Below are positions 19,469-32,751 of a stretch of 64,000 nucleotides of DNA, piece after piece. The notes beneath the pieces are model-generated. The model had not been told where the DNA came from. It saw only the letters and a program-made list of their open reading frames with translations, and ran no database searches. The position numbers were made by a program, and so were the translations under genes. Every line of letters starts with the position of its first letter. The stretch's first letter is position 1. Source of the DNA: Armatimonadota bacterium (GTDB lineage Bacteria > Armatimonadota > SYMT01); assembly GCA_041690135.1 (NCBI GenBank), contig JAWLHY010000005.1, forward strand, positions 340,106 to 404,105. Direction: 5' to 3'.

Positions 19469-20800
19469 ATGGCGACGACACAGGAATCCCAGCCCCACAG
19501 GGGTAAGGACGGCAGGCGCCGGTCCTACGGCCGGTTCTATCCGCAGGTTTGTCCGCACAACCCTACAACCCAGCGGTTCATGTTCGCCACGGGCATCGAA
19601 TGCAGCTATCCCACCATCGAGACGAAGGAGGGGCGACGCAAGCGCATCGATGAGTTGGAGAAGACGCGGCACTACGACTACTGGAAAGAGGACCTACAAC
19701 TTACCCGCGAACTCGGGATCCGTTACTTGCGTTACGGGCCCCCTTACTACCGCATGCACGTGGGGCCGGACCGCTATGACTGGTTCTGGACCGACATGGT
19801 TTTTCCGGAGATGCGCCGATTGGGGATCGTGCCCATCATCGATCTCTGTCACTTCGGCGTGCCGGACTGGCTTGGAGATTTCCAGAACCCGGATTTCCCC
19901 GGACATTTCGCGCAGTTTGCCCGCGCATTTGCCGAGCGCTACCCGTGGGTCCGCTTTTACACCCCGGTGAACGAGATGTACGTGGCGGCCGAGCACAGCG
20001 CTCTGCTTGGCTGGTGGAACGAGCGTATGACCTCGGACCGGGGCTTTGTGACGGCCCTCAAACACCTCGCGCGGGCCAATGTCGAGGCAATGCTCGCGAT
20101 TGTGGAAGTTAGGGATGACGCGCTATTTATCCAGAGCGAGTCCTCGGAGTACACGCATGCGCGCCACCCGGACCTCCTGGATGAGGCGGAGATGCACAAT
20201 GAGCGGCGCTTTCTGTCCCTCGACCTTAACTACGGACGACGGGTGAGTTCCGGAATGTACGAGTACTTGCTCGACAACGGCATGTCGGCCGAGGAGTATG
20301 ATTTCTTTTTGCAGCATAACCTCCGCGAGCACTGCCTGATGGGCAACGACTACTACGTAACCAATGAGCACTTGCTGGTGGAAGAGGACCGCTACGTCTG
20401 CGCCGGTGAGATCTTTGGCTACTATGTGGTGACCAAGGATTACTACGACCGTTACAACCTGCCGGTGATGCACACCGAAACCAACCAGGACGAGCCGGAC
20501 GCCGAACGGTGGCTTTGGAAGACCTGGACCAACATTCAGCGCCTGCGCCACGACGGGGTCCCGGTGGTCGGCATGACCTGGTACAGCTTGCAGGACCAGG
20601 TGGACTGGGATACGGCGCTGCGGGAAGACAACGGCACGGTGAACCCGCGCGGTCTTTGCGATCTGGATCGCAACCTTCGCGCGGTGGGAAGGGCCTACCA
20701 GGAATTGATCGAGGCCTGGGACTTCATTCCGCTGCTGCCGAATGGTCCGCTCACCCTCGTCGGCAACTGGAGCGAGTCTGGGCACCTTGCGCAAGAGTAG
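19469..20800 (+). CDS. Glycoside hydrolase family 1-like TIM-barrel protein
   Basis: 443 aa. Motifs F.FATGIECSYP..E, YTPVNEMYV (NEP-like acid/base) and MHTETNQ (TENG-like nucleophile). RBS AAGGA 7 nt upstream. Family assignment is by motif resemblance only. Confidence 0.55.
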   Translation: MATTQESQPHRGKDGRRRSYGRFYPQVCPHNPTTQRFMFATGIECSYPTIETKEGRRKRIDELEKTRHYDYWKEDLQLTRELGIRYLRYGPPYYRMHVGPDRYDWFWTDMVFPEMRRLGIVPIIDLCHFGVPDWLGDFQNPDFPGHFAQFARAFAERYPWVRFYTPVNEMYVAAEHSALLGWWNERMTSDRGFVTALKHLARANVEAMLAIVEVRDDALFIQSESSEYTHARHPDLLDEAEMHNERRFLSLDLNYGRRVSSGMYEYLLDNGMSAEEYDFFLQHNLREHCLMGNDYYVTNEHLLVEEDRYVCAGEIFGYYVVTKDYYDRYNLPVMHTETNQDEPDAERWLWKTWTNIQRLRHDGVPVVGMTWYSLQDQVDWDTALREDNGTVNPRGLCDLDRNLRAVGRAYQELIEAWDFIPLLPNGPLTLVGNWSESGHLAQE

Positions 20801-20958
20801 GAGTTTCCTCGTTCCGTTTCTTTCCGGGCGCATCTGGCTATGTCCTGAGAAATAGCCGGACGAATCTTTCCGAACACCGGACCACGGATCCCGCTGGAAA
20901 GGCCACCTGCGCGGAGCCTGCGGTGAGCTGGGTGCGGTACAGATAAAGGAGGCCAGGA

Positions 20959-21648
20959 ATGGCGAGAAGACGCCGAAATCGCAGTGAGAACCCGCCACCG
21001 GTGGAACTCTCCGAGAGCAGGGACAGGGTGGTGATCGAACCCGCGGAAGCCGGTGAGCCCACCGAGGCCGGTCGGAAAGGCGGCGCAGTGATTGCGACCC
21101 ATCCAGCGGCCGGCATCCACATCGCTCGCGCCGAGAGAGAACGCGTGGGCGAGCGTACGGGTCTGGTCAACTGGGGCGCCGCGCTGCTGGCGGGGCTGGC
21201 GGCTGGGATCCTGCTGTTGCTTCTGGAAGTGCTCCTCGTTCCGATTGCGTTCCGGGAGAGCCCCTGGGCGCCGATCCGGATGATGGCGTCCGTGATCTTT
21301 GGAGAGTCGCTGATCACCTCCGCAGCGCCGCTCGGCCTGGGAGCCATTGTGGTGGGCCTGCTGGTCCACTTCGCGGTCTCCCTCTTGTTTGCGGTGGTGC
21401 TGGGCATGCTGGTTCGCTGGTTCGACTGGGGCCCCGCGGCGCTCTTCGGCGCGGGCTTCGGACTGGTGATGTACATGATCCTGTTCCACGCGACCTGGAC
21501 CTGGCTCGGCTGGTTCGCGGCGGGGAGAACAGCGGTTAACATCCTGCTCCATGTGCTCTTCGGCATCACCGCGGCCCTGGTCTACCGCGCCGTGGCGGGC
21601 CCTCCGGAACCCGTGGCGGACTACGCCCAGCCGGATCTGGGTAACTAA
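20959..21648 (+). CDS. Membrane protein, hypothetical
   Basis: 229-aa ORF with a charged N-terminal region followed by ~5 TM helices (LLAGLAAGILLLLLEVLLVPIAF..., GLLVHFAVSLLFAVVLGMLV...). Confidence 0.5.
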   Translation: MARRRRNRSENPPPVELSESRDRVVIEPAEAGEPTEAGRKGGAVIATHPAAGIHIARAERERVGERTGLVNWGAALLAGLAAGILLLLLEVLLVPIAFRESPWAPIRMMASVIFGESLITSAAPLGLGAIVVGLLVHFAVSLLFAVVLGMLVRWFDWGPAALFGAGFGLVMYMILFHATWTWLGWFAAGRTAVNILLHVLFGITAALVYRAVAGPPEPVADYAQPDLGN

Positions 21649-21693
21649 GGCCTGCCGGGGCGCCGGAGACTCGCGCCCGGCAGGAGGTAAGAA

Positions 21694-21945
21694 ATGCCGA
21701 GACAGGTGAGCGTCTTTACGCAGCCCGGGTGACCCCCGTGCAGCCAGGTGAAGGAGTTTCTTTCACGCAATAACGTACCGTTCGCGGAACGGGACGTCCG
21801 CACGGATCCACAAGCCATCGACGAACTGCGCCGGTTGGGCGCCATGATGACGCCGGTCACCGTGATCGACGGTCAGCAGGTGCTCGGTTTCGATGAGCCG
21901 CAGTTGCGCAATCTGCTGGGGCTGAACCAGCAAAAAGCCGCCTGA
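21694..21945 (+). CDS. Candidate selenocysteine-containing glutaredoxin-like (thioredoxin-fold) protein; in-frame TGA at 21730-21732 read as Sec
   Basis: The ORF track begins at GTG 21748 and gives a Grx-like protein lacking its active site. Extending the same frame upstream gives TGA(21730) and then ATG 21694 preceded by AGGAGG (spacing 6). Reading TGA as Sec gives MPRQVSVFTQPG-U-PPC-SQVKEFLSRNNVPFAERDV..., which is the beta1-CxxC-alpha1 architecture of glutaredoxin/NrdH with U replacing the first Cys. Confidence 0.6.
21748..21766 (+). promoter_or_regulatory. Candidate bacterial SECIS-like hairpin downstream of the in-frame UGA
   Basis: 7-bp stem GUGAAGG/CUUUCAC (one G-U) with apical loop AGUUU. 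It begins 16 nt after the UGA. The loop G/U lie ~25 nt from the UGA, within the range reported for bacterial SECIS elements. Confidence 0.4.
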
Positions 21946-22022
21946 GAAGCCAGATCCGCTGGAGCTTGGAGGGAGAGGTGTGGGAGCGAGCCTCGCACAC
22001 CTCTCCTACTCGTTCCGGGTAA

Positions 22023-25031
<3,009 letters not shown>

Positions 25032-25133
25032 TGCCGGCATTACGGCAGCGGGCGAACAAAGTCCAGTTTGCTTGCTACGTTCCGCGGGTAAGGGGGACGT
25101 GTCGTCTCACCGATGAGATTGGAGACCGCAACC

Positions 25134-25640
25134 ATGAACTCACTCACCGATGCCTATGTGGAAACACTGCAGGACCTGTATGACGCGGAACGCCAGATCA
25201 CCCAGGCGCTTCCGCAGTTGGCCCAGGCGGCGGCCCACTCCGATTTGAAGCAGGCGCTGCAGGAGCACCTCCAGCAGACGCAGGGCCAGATCGCGCGACT
25301 GGACCAGATCTTCCAGCGTCTGGGCCGGCAGCCGGGCGGGAAGACCTGTCGCGGCGTGCAGGCACTGATTCAGGAGACCCAGGAGAAAATCCAGGGCGGC
25401 GGCGACCCTGATACCCTGGATGCCGTGCTGATCGCCGCGCAGCAAAAGATCGAACACTATGAGCTGGCGGGTTACGGGACCGCCCGCACCTGGGCGGTCC
25501 ATCTCAACCAGATGGATGCCGCCGAACTGCTGCAGCAGACGGCGGACGAGGAGGGTGAGACCGACAAACGGCTGACGCGGCTGGCCGAGGCGCACATCAA
25601 CCGCGAAGCCATGCAGAACCCGCAGGCCGCCGCAGCCTGA
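25134..25640 (+). CDS. Ferritin-like DUF892 (YciE/YciF family) protein
   Basis: Four-helix-bundle ferritin-like pattern (TLQDLYDAERQITQALPQLA..., EHYELAGYGTARTWA). Start set at the internal ATG MNSLTD. Confidence 0.65.
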   Translation: MNSLTDAYVETLQDLYDAERQITQALPQLAQAAAHSDLKQALQEHLQQTQGQIARLDQIFQRLGRQPGGKTCRGVQALIQETQEKIQGGGDPDTLDAVLIAAQQKIEHYELAGYGTARTWAVHLNQMDAAELLQQTADEEGETDKRLTRLAEAHINREAMQNPQAAAA

Positions 25641-25727
25641 TCGGGACAGATGCCGTGGGAGGGCGGGTCATATACATGGAGGCCACCCGCCCTCCCACGG
25701 CGCCAAACCCAGAGGGCACGGAGGGCG

Positions 25728-27239
25728 TCAGGCGAGCAGGTCCCGAACGATGTGCCCGTGCACGTCCGTCAGACGGAAATCGCGGCCGGCGTACCGGTAA
25801 GTCAGCCGCTCGTGATCCAGCCCCAGCAGGTGCAGAATCGTCGCCTGCAGGTCGTGCACGTGGACCGGCTTTTCGACCACGTTAAAGCCGAGCTCGTCCG
25901 TGGCGCCGTAGGTGATGCCGGGCTTGATCCCCCCGCCCGCCAGCCACATGGTGTAGGCCTGGGGATGATGGTCTCGACCGAGGCTGCGGCCCAGGGCGGC
26001 ATTCGTTTCCACCATGGGGGTGCGTCCGAACTCCCCACCCCAGATCACCAGCGTAGAATCGAGGAGACCGCGCTGCTTCAGGTCCTGGATCAGCGCCGCG
26101 GAGGCCTGGTCGGTGGCGCCGCAGTTCCGCTTCAGATTGCCCGCCACATCGGAGTGCGCGTCCCATCCTTCGTGGTAGATGTTGATGAAGCGCACCCCGC
26201 GCTCCACCATCCGGCGGGCCAGCAGGCAGGCGCGGGCGAAACTAGGTTTGGCGGGGTCGACGCCGTACAGGTCCAGCGTCTCCTTGGACTCGCCCTTCAG
26301 ATCCATCAGGTCGGGAGCGGAGGACTGCAGGCGATAGGCCAACTCGTAGCTGGCGATGCGGGTGGCGATCTCCGGGTCCCCCTCCCGCTCCAGGCGTCTC
26401 CGGTTCAGGGACCCGATGAGGTCGAGTGAGTCCCGTTGGAGCTGAGAGTCGATGCCGTCCGGGCTCGTGACGTTGAGGATGGGATCCCCCTGGTTGCGGA
26501 ACCGCACGCCGGAGTAGACCGTGGGGAGGAAGCCGCTCGACCAATTGGCGGCACCACCGCTGATCCCGGCCCCCGTGGACATGACGATAAAGGCCGGCAG
26601 GTCCCGTGTTACCGCACCCAGACCATAGGTGACCCACGATCCCATGCTGGGGCGGCCCGGCTGTGAGAAGCCGGTGTTGAAGAAAATCTGCGCCGGCGCG
26701 TGGTTGAACTGGTCCGTCTTGACGGACTTGATGAGGCAGATGTCATCCACCACTTTCGCGAGATGGGGCAGCATCTCCGAGAGCTCGGCGCCGGACTGGC
26801 CGTGTTTGGCGAATTTGAAGCGGGGTCCCAGCGCCGCCGCATCCGAACGGATGAAGGCGTAGCGCTGCCCGCCGATCACTTCCGGAGGGATCGGCTTACC
26901 CTCGTATTTGGTCAGCACCGGCTTGTAGTCGAAGAGGTCGAGCTGGCTCGGCGCTCCGGACATGAAGAGATGGATGACCGCCTTCGCCTTGGGGGTGAAG
27001 TGGGGCTCGCGCGGCGCCAGGGTGTTGAGGGTTGGCGCCGGCGCTCCGGCCGGGGGCGCGGCGGAGGCACCTCGTGGGGCGAAAGCATCCGCGACGAGCG
27101 AGGCCAGCGCGATCTTGCCGACCCCCACCCCACACTCCTGGAAGAAATGCCGGCGCGTCAACGCCAGGGCTTCTTCCGGTGAGCCGGGTTTGCGTCTGTT
27201 ACAGGAATGAGCCATGGGTCGTTTCCTCTTTTCCCACAC
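25728..27239 (-). CDS. DUF1501 (sulfatase-like) protein with Tat signal
   Basis: Twin-arginine motif [14 protein letters not shown] followed by the DUF1501 core. The gene overlaps the stop of the upstream DUF1549/DUF1553 gene, the classical Planctomycete PSD1/DUF1501 pair. Confidence 0.8.
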   Translation of the reverse strand: MWEKRKRPMAHSCNRRKPGSPEEALALTRRHFFQECGVGVGKIALASLVADAFAPRGASAAPPAGAPAPTLNTLAPREPHFTPKAKAVIHLFMSGAPSQLDLFDYKPVLTKYEGKPIPPEVIGGQRYAFIRSDAAALGPRFKFAKHGQSGAELSEMLPHLAKVVDDICLIKSVKTDQFNHAPAQIFFNTGFSQPGRPSMGSWVTYGLGAVTRDLPAFIVMSTGAGISGGAANWSSGFLPTVYSGVRFRNQGDPILNVTSPDGIDSQLQRDSLDLIGSLNRRRLEREGDPEIATRIASYELAYRLQSSAPDLMDLKGESKETLDLYGVDPAKPSFARACLLARRMVERGVRFINIYHEGWDAHSDVAGNLKRNCGATDQASAALIQDLKQRGLLDSTLVIWGGEFGRTPMVETNAALGRSLGRDHHPQAYTMWLAGGGIKPGITYGATDELGFNVVEKPVHVHDLQATILHLLGLDHERLTYRYAGRDFRLTDVHGHIVRDLLA

Positions 27240-30200
27240 TACTGCTTGACGATCGCCTCGTCCAGATTCAACAGGCTCCGCGCTACCAGAGTCCAGGCGG
27301 CCCGTTCCGCCACATCGCCCTCTCCCGAACCGGCGATCTTCGCCCCGTCCAGCTCTTTCTTGCGCAGGCGCGCCAACTGCGCCTGGTAGTAACGGAGGAT
27401 GGCAACCTGCTCCTGGGCGTCCGGCGGACGGGTCAGGCAGCGCTGGAAGAGATAGGTGAGCCGCTCTTCCGGCGTTCCGGCCTTGGCCGCCAGCATCCGG
27501 CCGAGCGCCTGTGCCGCCTCCAGGAAGACCGTGTCATTGAGCAATGTCAGCGCCTGGAGTGGTGTGTTGGAGACCTCCCGGCGGGCTACGCAGGCCTCCC
27601 CACTGGGGCCATCGAAGGTGGTGAACATCGCATAGGGCGCGGTCCGCTTGGCGAAGGTGTACATCCCGCGGCGATAGCGGTCTTCACCGGTGCTGACGTT
27701 CCACGCCAGCGGGCCGTACGTGCCCTCCGAGGTCACCCCCGGCGGCTGCGGCGGGAAGACGCTGGGCCCACCGATCTTCGTCGACAGGAGCTCGCTCGCC
27801 TTCAGTGCATAATCGCGGATCAGCTCCGCCTCCAGTCGCACCCGGGGAGCCCGCGCCAGCCACCGGTTCTGCGGGTCCTTCGCCAGCAGTTCCGGGGTCA
27901 CCCGCGAGGACTGCTGGTACGTGGCGCTGGTAACGATGAGCTTATGCAGGCGCTTTAAACTCCAGCCTAGACCTTGCTCGTGAGTGCGCGGTTTTGGGGA
28001 ATTGACAATTGGCAATTGTCCCTGGCTCCCCTGCTGCCCACTGCCTGCTGCCTGCTGCCTACTCTCCCGGCCCCTGACCCCTGGCCCCTGACCCCTGGCA
28101 TCGGTCGTGAACAGGACGGCGAGGTAGTCGAGCAACTCGGGGTGGCTGGGCGGTTCGCCCTGGAAGCCGAAGTCTTCCGTGGTGCGGACGATCCCCTGGC
28201 CGAATAGCGCAGCCCAATGGCGGTTGACGACCACGCGGCCGACGAGGGGGTTTTGGGGATCGACCAGCCAGCGCGCGAAGGTGAGACGGTTGCGGGGTGC
28301 TTCCCTGGGGAGTGGCGGCAAGAAAGAAAGGACGCCGGGCTCCACGCGCTCGCGCGGTTGCAGGAACTCACCCCGGTTGTGGATGAAGGTCGGGCGCGGG
28401 TTGTTATCCGGCTGCTCCGTGAACACCAGCGTGGTGGGGAAGGACGGCAACTGCGCCCGCAGCTTGCGGATCTCCTCCCGCTCGCCCGCCAACTCCAGGG
28501 CCACGGAAAGGAAATGCCGGAGGAGTTGCTCCCGCTGGGCCGCAGTCCGCTTCCCTCCGGGCACGAGCAGCAGTTCCTCGATCTCGACCGGGAGACCCGC
28601 GCGGGCGGGACGCGGGTCTGTGGTAACCGAGACCCGGAAGCGCCCCATCCCGCAGGCGTAGTACCGCTCAAACAGCAGGCCCAGGTCTAGCTTTCCGGCG
28701 GGGTCGAGTGGTTGTTTCAGGTTGAAGACGGCAGTGTGGGGCCTCCCCTGCCCGCCGTTGATCGACCACCCCGTCTGTGGGTCGCCGTCGATCGCTGCTT
28801 GCGCCGTGCTGCCGCCGTTGGCGAAGCTGTGGCTTGCAGAAGCGATCGGGACTTTGGTGCCGCCGGCGGCAACCGTCACCTCGCTGAGGAAGAAGTCCCC
28901 AATCGGCCCCTCGTAGTAGACCCGCCCCGGACCGAACCGCGGCAGGCGCTCGTCCGGCACGGTCTCGATGCGGACCGCGGTGATGCCGCGCAGGTCCGTA
29001 GGGAACGAAAGATCGTAGACGTCCCGCTTGCTCTGGTCGCCGCTCGAGAGAACGGAGCCGTCCTCCAGGATCGTCAGCAGCGGCAGGTTGCTCTTCGCGC
29101 TGGCCGGGCGGAGGCGCGTCCACCTCACGGCCCGAGCGCTCTCGGCAGAGAGCCAGGCCTGGAACTTCCTGTCCCGGTGCTCCCGGCGGCGCACCTCCAG
29201 GGGACGGCCGTCACTCGCGCGCTGCCCCAGGCTGATCCGGAACCGTCCCAGGGTGTGCTGGGACCCGTGCTGCTGCTCCAGCTTGATCGTCCAGCGTGTC
29301 CCTCCGGCGATGCTCACCGGCTTCGGGAGGGCCAGGGTGAGGGACCGGTTGACGTTCCAGGGCTCCTTGCCGTGGATCGCCCAACCGGTTTTCGGATTGC
29401 CGTCAATCACCCCACCGGCCGCGAACCCGTCCTGCGAGAAGTCGGCCGTAGCCGAGGTGAACTTGACGGCCTGTGCCTCTCCAGGTGCGTTGCGAGGGGT
29501 AACGGTGGCGGTGAGCTCACTCAGGACGAAGTTGCCGTGCGGCGTGCGGCCCGGCCCGTTTCCGCCGAGCGAGGAGTCCGTCAGGGCCTCCAGGCGGAGG
29601 GCTTCCACATCGGGATGCTCCGTCTCCAGGATCAGGGTGTAGGTGTTCCGTTCCGGGTTCGGCCCGGAGATGCGGACGGAAGCGTCGGGAAGCGTATGGG
29701 GCTGGGCGCCTCCCTCCGCCGTCACCTTTACAGGAGCGACCGAATGCCAGCGGATCTCGCCTTCCGGCGGGAAACGTTCGGCCAGGTCGGCTTCCCGGGC
29801 CGCGATCTGTTTCTCCAGTTCAGCGCGTCGGGCCTGGATGTCGGGGAGCGGAACTTCGATCTCCGGCTCATCGGCGTTGTTCAGGAACGCCATGAACTGA
29901 TAGTACTCGCGATGCGGGATCGGGTCGTACTTGTGGGTGTGGCACTGCGCGCAGCCGATGGTCAGGCCGAGCCAGGTGGTCCCAGTGGTGCTGACACGAT
30001 CGGTCATCGCGTGGAAGCGGAACTCGAGGGGGTCGATGCCGCCCTCTTCGTTCAGCATCGTGTTGCGGTGGAAGCCGGTGGCGATCCGCTGCTGGAGCGT
30101 GGGGCCTCCTCCGGGACCTCCCAGCATGTCGCCCGCGAGTTGCTCCACCGTGAACTGGTTGAACGGCATGTCCGCGTTGAGGGCGTTGATGACCCAGTCG

Positions 30201-30979
30201 CGGTAAGGCCAGACGGAGCGGGGCCGGTCCTTTTCGTAGCCGTTGGTGTCCGCGTAGCGGGCCAGGTCCAGCCATTTGCGCGCCCACCGCTCGCCGTAGT
30301 GGGGAGAGGCGAGGAGGCGGTCTACCACCTTCTCATAGGCGTTCGGGCTCGGGTCCTTGATGAAAGCGACGGTTTCTTCCGGCGTGGGCGGGATGCCGAT
30401 CAGGTCGAGGTAGACACGGCGGATCAGCGTGTATCGATCCGCGGGCGGCGATGGCTGGAGACCCTGCTTTTCCATCCGCGCCAGCACGAAGTGGTCGATG
30501 CCGCTGCGCGGCCAGTCTTTCCGCTTCACCGGAGGCAGCGCGGGAAGTTTTGGCGCCACGAACGCCCAGTGGGGCCGGTACTCCGCGCCTTCCGCTATCC
30601 ATCGGCGTAGAACCTCCTTGTCTCGCTCCGAGAGGGGGTTCTTGGTGGCCGGCGGAGGCATAACAAGGGCCTCGTCCTTCGACAGGATCCGCTCTACCAG
30701 GCTGCTCTGGTGCGGCTTTCCCGGGACGATGGCCTTGAGCGCGAGGGCGGAGGTGCGGTCATCCAGCCGAAGGCCGGCCTCGCGGGTCTTGTCGTCGGGG
30801 CCATGGCATTTGAAGCAGTGGCGGGAGAGGACGGGCCGCACGTCCCGGTTGAAGTCGACGCCGGGTGTGGCCGGCTTCTTGGGCGCCCCCTGCGGCACTC
30901 CTTTCGGCGCCCCCAGGGTCGGAACCGTTGCCACTGCCGCCAAACCGACCAACGCACCGGCAATCCACGCTCGCATCAT
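27239..30979 (-). CDS. PSCyt/DUF1549/DUF1553 (PSD1) large secreted protein
   Basis: 1246 aa. Signal peptide, cytochrome-like [19 protein letters not shown] (PSCyt) motif, [11 protein letters not shown] (DUF1549) and the long C-terminal DUF1553 region. Confidence 0.8.
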   Translation of the reverse strand: MMRAWIAGALVGLAAVATVPTLGAPKGVPQGAPKKPATPGVDFNRDVRPVLSRHCFKCHGPDDKTREAGLRLDDRTSALALKAIVPGKPHQSSLVERILSKDEALVMPPPATKNPLSERDKEVLRRWIAEGAEYRPHWAFVAPKLPALPPVKRKDWPRSGIDHFVLARMEKQGLQPSPPADRYTLIRRVYLDLIGIPPTPEETVAFIKDPSPNAYEKVVDRLLASPHYGERWARKWLDLARYADTNGYEKDRPRSVWPYRDWVINALNADMPFNQFTVEQLAGDMLGGPGGGPTLQQRIATGFHRNTMLNEEGGIDPLEFRFHAMTDRVSTTGTTWLGLTIGCAQCHTHKYDPIPHREYYQFMAFLNNADEPEIEVPLPDIQARRAELEKQIAAREADLAERFPPEGEIRWHSVAPVKVTAEGGAQPHTLPDASVRISGPNPERNTYTLILETEHPDVEALRLEALTDSSLGGNGPGRTPHGNFVLSELTATVTPRNAPGEAQAVKFTSATADFSQDGFAAGGVIDGNPKTGWAIHGKEPWNVNRSLTLALPKPVSIAGGTRWTIKLEQQHGSQHTLGRFRISLGQRASDGRPLEVRRREHRDRKFQAWLSAESARAVRWTRLRPASAKSNLPLLTILEDGSVLSSGDQSKRDVYDLSFPTDLRGITAVRIETVPDERLPRFGPGRVYYEGPIGDFFLSEVTVAAGGTKVPIASASHSFANGGSTAQAAIDGDPQTGWSINGGQGRPHTAVFNLKQPLDPAGKLDLGLLFERYYACGMGRFRVSVTTDPRPARAGLPVEIEELLLVPGGKRTAAQREQLLRHFLSVALELAGEREEIRKLRAQLPSFPTTLVFTEQPDNNPRPTFIHNRGEFLQPRERVEPGVLSFLPPLPREAPRNRLTFARWLVDPQNPLVGRVVVNRHWAALFGQGIVRTTEDFGFQGEPPSHPELLDYLAVLFTTDARGQGPGVRGRESRQQAAGSGQQGSQGQLPIVNSPKPRTHEQGLGWSLKRLHKLIVTSATYQQSSRVTPELLAKDPQNRWLARAPRVRLEAELIRDYALKASELLSTKIGGPSVFPPQPPGVTSEGTYGPLAWNVSTGEDRYRRGMYTFAKRTAPYAMFTTFDGPSGEACVARREVSNTPLQALTLLNDTVFLEAAQALGRMLAAKAGTPEERLTYLFQRCLTRPPDAQEQVAILRYYQAQLARLRKKELDGAKIAGSGEGDVAERAAWTLVARSLLNLDEAIVKQ

Positions 30980-31029
30980 CAGGCCTTTCCGCTCATCGCC
31001 TTCGTCGCCGACCTTTTATACTCCACCCC

Positions 31030-32589
31030 TTATGGCGGTCCTCCCTCCGTCGTGCCGGGGAGGCTGAGAAACTTTCGGACCCGGGCAAGGATGTCGCCGC
31101 GGGCTTCCGAGAGGCGCGCCGCACGGGCGTCGGCGTCCAGGGTCTGCAGGACGGTATCCAGTTCCGCCCGCCGGCGGGCTAAAACCTGCGCGATCTCTTC
31201 CGCAAGGGCGGGCCGCGCCAGCAGCACTTCGCGGAAGGCTGCTTTTTCCAGGCGAAGGCACACGACGTCGGTGGCTGCGCGGACGGTGGCGCTGCGCGGC
31301 TCACCGGTCATCAGGCCCATTTCCCCAAAGAAACTGCCCGGAGCAAGCTCCGCCACACGACTGGCATCCCCTGCGACACTGGAGACCAGAACATCGGCAG
31401 TGCCGGAAACCAGGATAAACAGACAGTCCGCCGTCTCTCCTTGCCGGGCGATGATTTCCCCACTTCGGAAGGGAGAGGATTGGAGCCGCGCGGCCAGCCC
31501 CTGCAGTTCTTCGAGATGTAGACCAGTGAAGAGCTCCACGGAGCGGAGGGCGTGGAGACGTTCCTCGATTTCCTTCGCCGCCTTATCGCTCTTCCGTTCC
31601 GGGGTCTCCTGTGTCAGAAAGACGGCCTGGGCGGGGATGGAGAGCCCAATACCCGCCCGCCGCAGCGCGAAGTAGACGTGGGTGCGGACCTCCGAGTCGA
31701 CCGCGTCGTCCCCGGTGAGGTCCGTGAGCCAGTAGCGGGCGGCGTAACACCCGAAGCTATGTTCGAAGCTCAGGAGAAGGCAGTTGGGCGGAGGCTCGGT
31801 GGCCACGGCCCGGATGCGCGCGTTTTGTAGAGCCCTGCTCACGACCTCCATCACCTGGCTGGGCGGAACGCGGTAATCGACGTTGAACCGGACGGTCCTT
31901 CGCAACTGCACGGGTTGTCCCTGGCGCCGGCCCAGCACCAGGAAACGGTTCTTGACCAGTACGCCGTTCGGGATGACCACCGTTTCCCAATCGCGCGTCT
32001 CCAGCGAGGTATGGCGCCAGCGGATCTCGACAACGCGGCCCACGAGATCGTCCACCTGGATCCAGTCTCCCACCCGGATCGACTGGTCGAACTGAATGGC
32101 TACTCCGCCCAGGATGTTGCCGAGAGTGTCCTGGAGGGAGAGCCCGATGACGGCGGTGACCACCGCGGAGGTAGCGACCAAGCCGGCAACATTGACCCCG
32201 TTTTCCCGGAGCCAGATGAAGGACCACACGACGGCCGCGGTGGCGACGACCACCTCTTCCACGATCCGGGGTAGGGTCATCCGCGCCGCCGGAAGGGTCA
32301 CGCGGAATATGGCCACTCCCAGCAGCCGAATGATGCAGAACCCTTCCAGGAAGACGCAGGTCCAGCGCAGATAGCGAGCCGTGGACGATCCGGACCCGAA
32401 GAGGGGGTTCGCGGCCTCCAAACCGGCAATTGCCAGCAAGAATGCAGCCGCGATCATGGGCAGGGTGCGGTCGCCGGACTTTCGAGTCATCCCCCACAGC
32501 AGGGCCGCCAGAAGCAGGACGCCGACCACCATCGGCAGCCGGCCATCGGACAGCGCACCAGGGACACCATTTGCGGCGGCGAGTGGCAT
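31030..32589 (-). CDS. Mechanosensitive channel (MscS family) fused to a C-terminal cyclic-nucleotide-binding domain
   Basis: MscS TM3/beta-domain (VVTAVIGLSLQDTLGNILGGVAIQFDQSIRVGDWIQVDDLVGRVVEIRWRHTSLETRDWETVVIPNGVL). C-terminal cNMP-binding fold (FRSGEIIARQGETADCLFILVSGTADV...FFGEMGLMTGEPRSATVRAATDVVC). Confidence 0.8.
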   Translation of the reverse strand: MPLAAANGVPGALSDGRLPMVVGVLLLAALLWGMTRKSGDRTLPMIAAAFLLAIAGLEAANPLFGSGSSTARYLRWTCVFLEGFCIIRLLGVAIFRVTLPAARMTLPRIVEEVVVATAAVVWSFIWLRENGVNVAGLVATSAVVTAVIGLSLQDTLGNILGGVAIQFDQSIRVGDWIQVDDLVGRVVEIRWRHTSLETRDWETVVIPNGVLVKNRFLVLGRRQGQPVQLRRTVRFNVDYRVPPSQVMEVVSRALQNARIRAVATEPPPNCLLLSFEHSFGCYAARYWLTDLTGDDAVDSEVRTHVYFALRRAGIGLSIPAQAVFLTQETPERKSDKAAKEIEERLHALRSVELFTGLHLEELQGLAARLQSSPFRSGEIIARQGETADCLFILVSGTADVLVSSVAGDASRVAELAPGSFFGEMGLMTGEPRSATVRAATDVVCLRLEKAAFREVLLARPALAEEIAQVLARRRAELDTVLQTLDADARAARLSEARGDILARVRKFLSLPGTTEGGPP

Positions 32590-32751
32590 CGGTTACCTTT
32601 GCTATGGAAGAGGACGAGGGGCTGCTCTGCCCCGCGAGCGGTGTCCGTGTAGTGCGCGATCGCGGCGCCGGTGGAGGTTGAGGGACGCTCCCTCCGGGTA
32701 CAGCCAGGAGGAAATTGCCACAAACAGAAGGGCAGACCACGGGTTAATACG

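Noticed and set aside
21748-21945. Track ORF starting at GTG 21748 as the true glutaredoxin-like gene
   Set aside because: It would lack the first beta-strand and the redox motif of the fold. The in-frame upstream ATG plus RBS and the U-P-P-C context make the Sec-containing longer ORF more parsimonious, though this is unverified.
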